A stretch of 64,000 nt of DNA, from positions 124,001-188,000 of the forward strand of contig BQFW01000015.1 in NCBI GenBank assembly GCA_020891255.1, written 5' to 3'. The position numbers and the translations under genes are program-made. This DNA comes from Entomortierella parvispora E1425. Its lineage: Eukaryota > Fungi > Mortierellomycota. The notes under the pieces were generated by a model. The model made no database searches. It was not told where the DNA came from and saw only the letters and a program-made list of their open reading frames with translations. Positions 48,333-60,147 of this stretch are shown here, piece after piece (the first letter of the stretch is position 1; each line of letters begins with the position of its first letter).

Positions 48333-50951
48333 ATGTCCTCTCCACCGGTGACGCCACCGACTATCCACGAACCCAGTCGACTCATTCGGGCTACAACTCG
48401 CCTCACCACAACCACGACCATGACATCGACCAACAGCTCAATGCTTCTTGAAGCCCTGACCCAGCAATCAAACGATAGCCACTCCTCCAAGAACAACGAT
48501 ACAAGACTCTCCCATCACCTTTCAGAATCCGCGGCCCTTTCAAGGGAGCAGCGTATATTGCTGCAAGAGCAAGCTGATTTCTCGGCCGTCCAACAACCAC
48601 AGCTCCAGGCTTGTCAATCGCAGCCACGACAAGAACCGTCGCACCAGCAAGAACAGAGCCGTAGCCAACTACTGCAATCAGCTTTCGACCAGCTGGACCA
48701 GGTGCTGATGGAGAAAAGGGATGCGGAACTGGTGACTGCGGCCCTACGGTATGAAGCAGAGAAGAAAGCTATCGAAGAAAGCTACCAGACCAATCTGAGA
48801 ACAAGGAAGGAACAACTGCAAACCCCGAACACACCATTTGTTCCGCCTTCCTTCATACCCGATGGCTCAGGTCATACAGCAGGACGAAGAGCGGTCAACG
48901 CTTATTCCAGTCCTTCGCAAGGGTCTACACCATCTGCTATCAGTGCAACTACCGTCAATTCAAGAACTTTACAGGTCGGCCCTTCCTCACTCAGAGCAGT
49001 CGATAGAAAACCAGATCACGGCAACCTCGACCTCTCCGTAAATGGCCCTGTCTCCATGCCTCCGCTTCGGTCTCCATCCCCGCGCCAGGTCCCTGGTACG
49101 ATCGCATTATCATCATCACCCCCACCACCAACTCCATCATCCATCCTGAACGTCCCCCGTGAGGATGAGGCGAAGCCAAAGTCTGTAGATGATATAACAG
49201 AAGGCAGTTACGGATACCCGTCAAGCGTTTCTATGATCGGTCGACGGTATGTTTGGGATTTGACACAGCGGCTTGGGAGAGGGAATTCCGCAAAGGTATT
49301 CAAGTGCGTTGACACACAGAATGAAAGTCGGAAGCTGGTAAGGATGTCTTTCTGAACGTTTTTTGGTCACCATCTACGGCCACTTTGTAGTGCGCTCACC
49401 ATCTTTAATTTCGAGTAGGCTATACGGATTGTTATGAGGCGCGAAGGAACAGAGGAAACCTTTCGTAAACAGAACAAGATGCAGAAAGAAGTCGCACTGA
49501 TGCTGCGGCTCAAGCACCCCAATATCATCCAACTTTACGAGTTTTTCTACTGCGAGAAAAAATGGTACATGAGTAAGTTTGAAGGGAATTATGAATTATG
49601 GATCGAGACAGGAAAGGCAACACAATCATGACCCAGCATGGATTCATAGATCATAACTCTTCATCCATTGTTTAGTATTGGAGCGCTGCGACTCAGTCTT
49701 GGTCAGGATCAAACGAGAGTGCCGTGACTGTAAGGTGTTAGACCGTCCAATCCTACATAACGATTGTCGCAGTAAAATATTCACAGAGGAGATATGTCGA
49801 GATATATTCAAGCAGATGGTCCTTGGCATTGAGTACTGTAAGATTGCGTCTTTTAATTGACCATCCTGTATTTCTTCTGGCTGAAAAAAGACACAACGGA
49901 GAACCTAACCGCGCTTCCACCCTATATTCAGTGCATGCACATGGTGCAATACATCGGGATATCAAACCAGGAAATCTGCTGCTCATCGGCCATGTTCTCA
50001 AAATTTGCGATTTTGGGATCTCGCAAGTTTTCCCCAATGGAGAGAAAATGACAATCGAAGGAGGTCAGGGGACAGGCGCATTTATGGCACCCGAATTTTT
50101 TGAGGGGAACAACGTTAAAACTGCCGAACCTACAGACATCTGGTCTATGGGTGTGACTCTTTACGTGATGGCGTACGGAGAACTTCCATTTCCCATCTCT
50201 GACAGAGAACCATGCTATCCATATTACAACAAGTTCAGGAAACAGGAAGGAGACGGACCGAATTCACCTTTGTGGACTTTGATCAAGCGCCTGCTGGAAC
50301 GCAACCCGGATCATAGAATATCCATGGAGCGGCTCAGGGTAACAGCAACACGAAAATGACACAATATCCCATTCAAAAACAAGGCTGATTGTTATTTCCC
50401 ATGTTTTTCTTGTATAGGAGGATCCCTGGCTGACCGAAGATGGCAAATTTCCTTTACCGTCAAAGCAGGACAATACTGGAGACAAGATCGTTTTGACAGA
50501 ACTCGAAATCAATTCTGCTGTCAGAGCTCTTGTGGTAAATCCTAGTGCAAACGATATGATCTACATTAGTCTCGATCCCGATTGCCTGTTCTTACACTCT
50601 CTCCATCTCTGATTCACATAGACCAAGGCCGTCAGCAAGTTCAAAGAAGGAGCACGACGCAGAGCCCAGAACAGTACCATCGATTCTGGTCTCTCCAGCA
50701 CCTTAGAGACTCTGCCCACACCAGAGGCACTCGAGGGGCCGAGTATGAGGTGGAATGACCTCGATACAGACCCCCGCTGGGACGACAACTATTATCAGAG
50801 CGGCCGATTTGTCCAGAGCGAGGAAGGCAACGGGCAGAGCGACCTAATTGTCCAGAGCGAGGAAGATAGCACGCAGAGCGACCGAAATGCCCTGAACGAG
50901 GAAGACAGCGAGCAGGTCGACTGGTTTTTGACAGCCCATGAAGATCTCTGA
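48333..50951 (+). CDS. PK7: coiled-coil + CaMKK-like kinase-fold protein, beta3 K->R
   Basis: Six exons. LGRGNSAKVFKC, L|AIRIV (CGG at 49425), KEVALMLR, HRDIKPGN, CDFG, FMAPE, EDPWLTEDG tail. Confidence 0.87.
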
Positions 50952-51104
50952 AGACATGACCCTCCATAAAATGAGCTTCTTTCCAACCTACATAAATACA
51001 AAAAGGGTCTTCCCCACACTCCCTCGACAAGACAAACTCGTTGTGGAAATGCATCTCTTGTTCATTTGCTCCTCTTCCTTTGTCCCCTCCTCTCCTCCTT
51101 ACCA

Positions 51105-53143
51105 ATGTCCTTTGCACCCTCATCCCCTCCCACCACGGCTGCCACTCAGGTGCGCTCGCCCTCGACTCCCTCGACCGTGCGAGTGATGCCCACCAATGTG
51201 ATGAACACTCCCTCGCAGCCAAGCACCTCTGCTAGCGGCTCCTCGGCCAATGCGAGCTCGACCGCTGCAGGAGAGACCATTGTCGGACGGGAACGCCAGG
51301 GCTCCTTTGGAGGCTCGTCCCGAGTCAAGGCCCTCAAGCCCTTCAACACTGCCAACATCAAGATTCTCCTGCTCGAGAATGTTAACGAGACCGCTGTGTC
51401 TGCCCTCCGTCAACAGGGTTATCAGGTAACAAACACAACTTTTTTTTTGCCTGGGCCAGGACTGTCTTATCGTGGAAATCTGACCCCGCAGAAAGGCAAT
51501 GGGCCTCTGGTTCAAACCCGACCTGGCCCTTCGTCCTTTGAGTCCCAGATCATGACGAAGTGACTCACTGCTACCGCCCTTTGGCCATTATCCCATCCCC
51601 CTTATTATTCTGTTATTCATCCTCGCTTTATCATTCCTTCTCACTAGGTCGAGACCCATGCCAAGGCTTTGGCCGAGGATGTGCTCATTGAAAAGATCAA
51701 GGATGTGCACTGCATTGGTATCCGTTCCAAGACCAAGCTGACCAAGAAGGTCTTGGATGCCGCCGAGAAGCTGGGCGTGGTTGGTTGCTTCTGTATCGGA
51801 ACCAACCAGGTGGATCTCGAGGTTGCGGCCCAGAAGGGTATCGCCGTCTTCAACTCCCCCTTCTCCAACTCGAGATCGGTTGCTGAGTTGGTCCTGGCCG
51901 AGATCGTGTTGCTGTCAAGACAGCTCGGAGATAGGAACAACGAGATGCATCAGGGCATCTGGTCCAAGGTCTCGGCCAACTGCTATGAGATTCGTGGCAA
52001 GACACTTGGTAAGAGAGATTTCTTTTGTTGAACCTTTTCTATGTTTTGTTTTTTATTTTTTTTCCTGCCTTGTCTCTGGATCTGTGTGTGCTTAAGGCTA
52101 TGATACGCTATCTTTCTGAGATCTTTTTATTTTCTCGGCCAATGCGACAGTCGAGTGGTGGCGCTTTTTCTTTTTTTTTTTTTCTTCTCGAGATACGGAA
52201 TTAAGCTGAAGAGTCACAGTCGGATCTCATTGGTCGGACCTGGAAGTGAAAGCCCCCAATCTTCTTTTTTTGGATCTCACCGCTGTCATATGGGAGACAA
52301 CGCAGCAGACGAGCTGCTTGCAGAGCTTTCTTTGCTGACCTTGGTCATCTCTTTGGAATCATAGGAATCGTCGGATATGGACACATTGGATCTCAGTTGT
52401 CTGTCCTTGCAGAGTCCATGGGCATGCGTGTCCTTTTCCACGACGTCGTCCCTTTGATGCCTCTCGGTACCAGCAAGCAGGTCCACTCCTTGGACGAGCT
52501 TCTCGAGACCTCGGACTTTGTCACTCTCCATGTGCCCGAGACAGAGGACACCAAGAACATGATTGGCGAGCACGAGCTGAACAAGATGAAGCAGGGTTCT
52601 TTCCTCATCAACGCCTCCCGTGGAACTGTTGTCCAGATCCCAGCTCTGGCCAAGTCCTTGAGATCAGGCCATCTTGGTGGTGCTGCTGTCGATGTCTTCC
52701 CCAAGGAGCCTGCTGCTAACGGCAAGTTCTTTGAGTCAGAGCTCATTGGATGCCCCAACACGTTATTGACCCCCCACATTGGAGGATCGACTGAGGAGGC
52801 CCAGTCCATGATCGGTGTGGAAGTCAGTCAGGCCTTGATCAAGTTCATCAACAGCGGTACCTCAATTGGTGCTGTCAACTTCCCCGAGGTTGACTTGCGT
52901 GCTATTCGGGACGAGGAAAACTCGATCCGTCTCTGCTATACCCATATGAACGTTCCTGGAGTCTTGCTCCGCATCACCAACATTCTTGCGGATCACAACG
53001 TGGACAAGCAGTTTTCAGACTCCAAGGGCAAGATTGCTTACTTGATGGCCGATATCTCAGATGTTACCCCAGAACAGATTCAGGATATCTACAGACGTGT
53101 CAGTGAGACGCCCACCAACATTGTTACCCGTGTCTTGTATTAG
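51105..53143 (+). CDS. SER33: D-3-phosphoglycerate dehydrogenase
   Basis: Three exons. KILLLENVN, IGIRSKT, GCFCIGTNQVDL, VFNSPFSNSRSVAE, GIVGYGHIGSQL, FLINASRG, TPHIGGSTEEAQ, C-terminal ACT domain. Confidence 0.97.
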
Positions 53144-54971
53144 AAGGAATATAGGGATAGAAAAGTAACATCGCTTTTTTTTGCTCTATGTTGTCCAAAA
53201 GAAAAATAAATTGTATGTAAACGTGTACCTCTGTGAACCGGCCGCCACTTGCTGGTCAAGTCTTTCGGCCTCGTGTCCATAATCTGAGCCTCATGCTCAA
53301 CTGCCCACTTTTTTTTTTTTTCAAGTGAACAAGGCAAAAGCAAACAAGGTTGCCATTCATTTCCGTTGCCCCACGCACAGGCCCGATGTCCCATGGTGGT
53401 GAGATTGACGCTAGCCAAACTTGGCCATTAACACTTGATGGGTGAAGACCTGTCCCCCCTGCAAAAGACGCAAGGGCAGGCGCCATGAACTGTCTGTGCG
53501 CGCATCCACAGCGGCACATGTCAAGCTAGCCTGGACTCTATTCTAGCCTGAAAGTGCCATATAATTCGTCAAGGACTTTGCAAAAAAAAACGAGCCTCGT
53601 CGTAGCCGATCGAGCCTGCTGTGTGTTTATTGCCTAGGGCTGTATTCGATGCAATGGTGCTCCTTCTGGCCTGCGTTCGATTCCATGGTGCAGGATGTGG
53701 CTGTTCGATAGATCTCGATGCACTGCGTCAAAGCAACGCTCCTACTCCTTCTGCAGCTTCTCGACGTACTCTTTTCCTTCTACCAACTCGCCTCGCATCC
53801 CGGCGACCTCCAAGGTTTTGCGACGTCTGGGATGGGATAACAATGGATCCAACCGACTAAGGGTCCATCGGGGGATGTTCGCGTGGCCCATCGGTGGCTG
53901 TACCCATGCTCGAGCCGCCATTTACGACCATTGTCCAGTATGAGATTCAAGATAAGCATATTGGAAAGATCCCGTGTTGAGGAAGACTTCCTTGTTGATG
54001 TTGAGAACTCGGTTCATCTCTGGCAGATCCCTTGGCGGTGGCGGCAGAGAGAAAGATAGAGGCGGATCCTGGTCTTCTTTACTGGGGATTTAAAAGGGCC
54101 AAAGGGGGGGGGGGTCGTTCCTGGTGAGATCAGCCATCTAGACTTGTATAGTATGTAAAGACTTACATCGTCGCTGTCGCTGACTATGGGGGACATTGTC
54201 TAGTATAACTTGAGGAATCAGAACTATGGTCCTTCATGTAATAGAAGAGGGCAAAGACAACCATGTATGCTCCCCATTCTGAAAGGGACGTTTGTCTCCT
54301 GCAGAGTCCCCATGTCTTTTGTTCCTTAGAGAAACAGCTGTGAGGTTGGTATTCCACTCTTTGAGAGCAAGATGGGTGATTGATGAGAAAGATTACATAG
54401 TCTGGACATGGATATGATCCTCTGGTTCCCGACGCGTCAATTGCTCAGTTACACTGTCTGCAAACCCGGCAGGACAGTGTCTCCTCGAGCATGTCTCCCC
54501 GCCATCGCCCTTGATATGGCAACTAACGTTTAGCCTGAGGAGAGAGTCAGAGGACACACTTAGGAGATCCTCGTTGGCTTTAGCAACCATGGCACTGAAG
54601 GTGGTGAACAGCTGAGCTGAGTGTGGTCGCTTGGACAAGTAGAGACTCTTGCCCCCGTTTTTTTTGTCCTCTCTAGTCTCCGAGAGGTTCAAGGGTCAAT
54701 CATTCTATCATGCCATGGGCTTTGTGTTGTACATGAACATCCTTCTCTTTCCAGTCTCTTCACTGCCTCGTCGACAGCATCACCCTTCCCTCTCCACTGC
54801 CTCTTTTCACTGGTCCTTTCTCTCTCTCTTTCGTTCGCTATTTCCCCTGTTGGCCTTTCCCATTGACGGGAGCTGAAGGTCAAAAGGGTTTTTCTTGTCC
54901 TTCCTTTGAGATCTAAAAGGTCATGGCCTTGGTCGACGGATAGAAAGTCTTTGTGCGTTGTTGCAAAAAAC

Positions 54972-55093
54972 AAAAAATAATTTGCCCCGAAGGGCATTCC
55001 ACTCATAGATATACGTGTCATCCTTGTGCAGGGGCCATGCTAATCTTCTCTGTATCGTTCCATTTTTAAAGTATGTAGCTCCGAAGAGACTAC
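54972..55093 (-). ncRNA. U6: U6 spliceosomal snRNA
   Basis: The minus strand reads GTAGTCTCTTCGGAGCTAC (5' stem-loop) ...GGAACGATACAGAGAAGATTAGCATGGCCCCTGCACAAGGATGACACG... followed by a T-tract. The ACAGAGA box, AGC triad and ISL are intact. Confidence 0.97.
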
Positions 55094-55114
55094 AAAAATT
55101 ATGTTTTGCGGCTC

Positions 55115-55122
55115 TATTTATA
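55115..55122 (-). promoter_or_regulatory. TATA box of the U6 gene
   Basis: TATAAATA 22-29 nt upstream of the inferred U6 start, as expected for a Pol III U6 promoter. Confidence 0.7.
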
Positions 55123-55835
55123 TGGGTGTTTTGCGGACAACACCACTTTGCGGTACCAGACTGTTTTTTGGTAAAATGATTTCAATCGGGGTGTCAGAGT
55201 TCAAAAGAGTTGTTCCACACCGTGCAACAATTTTTTGACCTAAAAATGGGACTGTTTCTTTAGACATTATGTTCTGTCCTCCCCTCGCGGACCCCGTCCA
55301 TTGCCTTCATTTATTCTTTCTCTTCCCACTCGGACACCGCCACGGAGACCACCGTGGTCAGCAAACACAACGCTTGAGGGAACAACGCCAGTGACCAGAT
55401 TCTGGGGTCAGGGAAAGGGCTGCAATCATTCCAAGAATCATGTCTACGAAACAGTACTCATGGACCTCTGTTTTTGGTTCAGGCATGCATGACAGGAGGA
55501 AAGACGAGAGGAGGCGGGAATAGCTATGCTAGAATCGGGATCTGGTCTCTTTCAAGTTAACTTGGACTTCATTTCCTATGGCTCGATAGATGGTTACAGA
55601 TTGGCAACGTGGACCTGGAGAGAGGATAAGGCGGGTACGGGGATCCTACTGCCACTGCACCGATACGGCCGACACACGCTCAGGTAAGCCTGCATGCATC
55701 AAACATGAATCAGAGACGGCCATCCGTCTCGTTGGCGATTGTCACAAGCTACAGGAAACACGGCAGCGATAGTGCGTTCAAATATGTTTTTTTATTCATT
55801 CATAAGGAGGTATGTTTCTGTCGCCGTTTGGGTTC

Positions 55836-57736
55836 TTAAAGCAAAACCATCAACCCAACAACTCCCACAATCAGCGACATGGAAAGCCACGGGAAATACT
55901 TGGCGATGAATCCCTTCTTGAACCGTGGCACAGTCTGCATAACCCTGACACCCATTTTGAGCTTCTGTTCCGAATACGGCGCATATCGAACCGCCATGAT
56001 CTTCTCCAAAGTGGGGTTCAGTCCTTTGGTCATGGTGGATCGCACATGTGTGAAGCAGTCGAACGAGGCCTTGCCGTGGTAAGCTCCCATGCCCGAAGGT
56101 CCAATACCCCCGAAGGGCAGTGAGGTCTCGCCGACATGCATCAATGTGTCGTTGATCAACACACCTCCGGACTGGGTCTGATCCATGACTTTGTTGCAGA
56201 ACTTCTTGTCGGTTGAAAAGATGTACAGGACCAGAGGATCATCGTGCGAGTTGATAAACTCGATCGCGTCGTCGACATCCCGGACGCGGATCATGGGCAG
56301 GAAGGGCGCAAACAACTCCTCTTCCATCAATTTGTCATTGCGTGCACAGTTGGCGATGACAATGGGTGGGATAAACAAGTCTGCCTCGTCGCTCTTGCCG
56401 TCCAGGACGCGCGTGCCCGATTTGCTGCCGTTGAGAAGGTTCATGGCGCGGTGAAAGTGTCGGTTGTTGATCATACGTGCATAGTCTGGTGAGTTTTGAG
56501 GGTTCTCGCCATAGAGCTCAAGGAATGACTTTTTCAACTCTGCAATAAATTGCTCCTCGGCCTTTTCGGTGATCAGTACGTAATCAGGCGCAATGCACGT
56601 CTAGTCGCATGAATGGCGAGGCAGTAGACCAAAGAAAAGAATTAGATGGGATGCATGTGGGCGGATTTTTTTTTCTTGCCTTGATCTTATCTTGATCTTG
56701 CACTTGACAACTTTTCAAAGCGAGTCTTCCTACCTGTCCAGAGTTGAAGGCCTTTCCAAAGGCAACACGCTTGGCCGCGACAGCCAAGTTGCAGTTCTCG
56801 TCAATGATGCAGGGACTCTTGCCTCCGAGCTCGAGGGTCAAACTCGTGAGGTCCTTGGTCGCAGCCTTCATGATGATTTTGGCGACATTGCCGTTACCAG
56901 TGTAAAAAATGTGGTTCCACTTGGCTTCCAGCAGCAAGGAGGTCTCTGTCACGGCGCCGTTCACGACCAAGTAAGCGGAATTGTCCAAGTACTTGGGAAT
57001 GAGCTCCGTCATGAGTTTGGACGAGTGAGGCGAGAGCTCGGAGGGCTTCACAATGGCGGTGCATCCAGCAGCAATGGCGCCGGCCAAGGGAGCAAAGCAC
57101 AAGAAGACGGGGTAGTTCCAAGGCGAGATGATGAGGGCTGCACCTGTTGAAAGAAAAAATAAAATAAAATAAGGACAGTAACCAGCAAACGATGTTCAGG
57201 ATTAGCTCGTTCTGACCCAGCGTTTTAATTTTTTTTTGTGTTCCTCTCCCCCTTGATGTCAGTTTTTTTTTTCTCACCCTTGGGTTCCTTGCGCAAGTGG
57301 CAAGTCGTGCCAACGCGATTGATGAAGGATGGAGTGGTGTACTCGTCTTTGGTCCACTTGTCCAAGTTCTCGAGCGCATGGTTGATGTCCTCGAGGGTCG
57401 TGACAATCTCTCCGAGCATGAACTCGCTTCTGGCCTTGCGTAAATCATTGTACACGGCCTGGGCAAGAGCATCCTTGTTGTCGTCCAACAGCAGCCAAAG
57501 TTGCTGCAGTTGGCGGCGACGAAACTCGACAGGACGCGTATGTCCACTCTTGAAGGTTGACTGACATGTATTGATGGCCTACAAGTTGTTCAGCGGGATG
57601 GAGAGGGAGAGAGAAGCGTGTGAACATCTTGCAAGGGGGGGAAAGACTGCACTCTGGGTCCGTGTCATATGCGCAGTGAACGAACCTGTCGGATTTCGGC
57701 CTCTGTGTGGAATTCAAGGATTTGCTCGACAACCAT
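55836..57736 (-). CDS. HFD1: ALDH3-family (fatty) aldehyde dehydrogenase with C-terminal membrane anchor, Hfd1-like
   Basis: Four exons starting MVVEQILEF. Motifs SPWNYP, KPSELSP, IFYTGNG, LELGGKSP, FNSGQ|TCIAPDY, EELFAPFLP, PFGGIGPSGMGAYHG. Hydrophobic C-terminus. Confidence 0.92.
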
Positions 57737-58734
57737 GGTGGAACGATGAGATTAGATGAGAGATGAAAGGGATGGGAAATGGTGAAGACGGTGCGAGAAG
57801 ATGAAAGAGAGAGAGAAAGAGAGAGAAAAAGAGCGACTCTAGTTCCCCCGAGCCATTGCATTTTGCTCTGTGGAGAACAGTAAGTGCGGCTTCTATCTGT
57901 TGTTTTGCTCCCCTTCCACATGCTGGTCTGAAAGTTCTCACTTACTTGCATGCTCCGATGCTCTTTTGTCGCAAAAAGATCGCTGGGAAACAGTGCCAGG
58001 GAAACAGTGCCAGGGAAACCTTGGAGCCGCTCCGGATCATGGTATGTTTTGAAGTGAGCCGAAGGATGGCAACAAAAAAAAAAGTCCAATCAAGTCTGCC
58101 GTAGCGCCTTCTTTGACCATGAGATCGCAAAATAAACGCGTGCTGCAGTTGTTTGCTGGCTTCGCTATCCTGGTCCGTGTCACCTTCGATTCCTACGGAC
58201 CAACAACGGCCAACGAGGGCGGAAACATGAAAATTCGCCCTCGTCCGCTCCACATGAACTCATTTTTTTCACACGCAAATGCTGCAGCACACCACACACG
58301 ACCTGGCTTCCCTCTCTGTGTCTGCTGTTGTCCCTCATGTGGACAGGAGACAAGATTCCGGCCGTTATTTTTCAATTGATCAGGGTCCAGGGTCCACTGG
58401 TTTCATTCATCCTGGGGCCATCAGTTGCCACCTTTCTCCGAGCCAAAACAACAACACACAGAGCGAAAAAAGCAGGCGCACAATGACTGAATAACATGAA
58501 CGTTCTTTTTTGGTTTTTGGATTGGGGGTTTTTTTATTTGTAAACTGGTTCGCTCAAAGAGCTTTAAAAGAAACCAAGAGGAGAACATCCGAGAACGACT
58601 CCTGATGCCAAGGCGGGAAAAAAAACCTCCAAAGAGGAGAGAGAACCCCTCTCAGGGGGAGAGAAACCAAACACTTTGGCCGACTCAATTCCTTCCTAGG
58701 ACTCGTCGAGGACCGCGCTTGAAGCTGCTAGCGT

Positions 58735-58812
58735 TTACTTGGAGCGAGCTCTCATTTTTCTTCTTTTGCGCTTAAGGCGACGAACGCGCTTCTTCTTCCA
58801 CTTATCTCTCAT
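58735..58812 (-). CDS. RPL41: 60S ribosomal protein eL41 (25 aa)
   Basis: MRDKWKKKRVRRLKRKRRKMRARSK*, matching the eL41 consensus. Too short for the ORF track. Probable 5'UTR intron at 58813-59238. TATAAAA at 59293-59299. Confidence 0.95.
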   Translation of the reverse strand: MRDKWKKKRVRRLKRKRRKMRARSK

Positions 58813-59558
58813 CTATTCGGTTGAAGAGTAACAACAGATATGATTGTTAGGAATAGAGTCGTAGAGGCAAGAGTACTTCAAGTAGGAGTGAGGGTGGTGA
58901 ACAAAAATGACAGTGACAGTGGCGACGATAGTGAACAGTTGAAGGGTAATAGAGAAAGGGTAGAGAATCAGAGGCGATCCCGATGGCAAAGCCAAGCAAG
59001 ATACAGAAGCGGAAAGGAAAAAAAAAAGCTCTTCACTTTTTTTTTGCTCCCTTCGTTCTGTTGTTGTTGCCAACAGCCTCTTCAATCATCCTGTCCGTCC
59101 GCCAGCAGACACAGTGTCCGTTGTCCTGAGCAGATGGTCCATGGTTGATTGTTTGTTGAGATGGATGGATGGATTGCACTGCCGAGATGGATTCGAGGAT
59201 GGATGGATGGCCGTGAGGTCCGGATATGAGATGGGTACCTTGAATTGACTTTGGAAAGGAGAGGGAACAAATCATCTGACCGGTCCGGCCGCTTTTATAG
59301 GTCACGGGACCGGATTTCGAGACTGTTCTTTGGTGGCTTGGCTCTTTCTTTGGCTCGCCGCGCCAGAAGGGACCGCCCTTGTGTGGATTGGATTGGATTG
59401 GGCGGAATATTTGAAGGCCAAGGTGATCTTTCTCTCTCATCGCTCCTTTTTTTTCAATCACATCTCTCCCTCCCCTTCCCCCATCACTTCTTCCCTCTCA
59501 GCGCCACCCCGGCCACCACCTCCCACTCCTACCTCAACCTACCGTATAGCTTTCAAAA

Positions 59559-60147
59559 ATGACCCGTACGTAACCGATCCCTCTTCGTCTATCACGATCC
59601 CTCACACAGGCACAGCCAACCTTTGGACAAAAGAGCAAGGGGGTTATTTAGCGCTATGTCATACCCAACTGCGGACACTCACCAACTCATTGACCTCCCC
59701 TCTCTTCCCACTTTGATCACACAAAATGCCTCACCTTGTCCTCCCTCTCCTCCCTGGACCTGTTTGTCGCTCGGGATCGGAATAATTAACTCAGGTGGCA
59801 ACCAGCGCGACATGGACCGTGCCAAGGCACAGAAGAAGCTCGCGCAGCAGAACAAGGGCAAGAAGACGGACGGTATCTCCCACAACAAGCGCGCTGAAAA
59901 GTAAGCAACCATTTATATCCCTCATTGATCACAATTGGCCCGTGTTCTCTACTATGTTCTTGCGGAGGTGGCAAAAAAAAAAGGGTTCGCTATTGGACAC
60001 TATCCCCCTTTTGGACCTTGGATGTTGATCTGTTTTTTTCCCCCTTTTTGCTCGAATAGTGACGCTGAGATCATGCGCGCCAAGCAGGCTGCCAAGGAGG
60101 CTGCTAAAGCCGCTGGTGCCGCTGCCGCCCCGCCTCAAAAGAAATAA
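59559..60147 (+). CDS. SERF/4F5 small EDRK-rich factor
   Basis: Exons 59559-59565, 59795-59900 and 60060-60147 give MTRGNQRDMDRAKAQKK...DAEIMRAKQ, the SERF signature. Confidence 0.92.

Noticed and set aside
53660-53700. GTTCGATTCC tRNA T-loop-like motif
   Set aside because: The flanks do not form a T-stem or cloverleaf.
53900-54700. Short minus-strand ORFs downstream of U6
   Set aside because: No consistent exon chain or recognisable domain.
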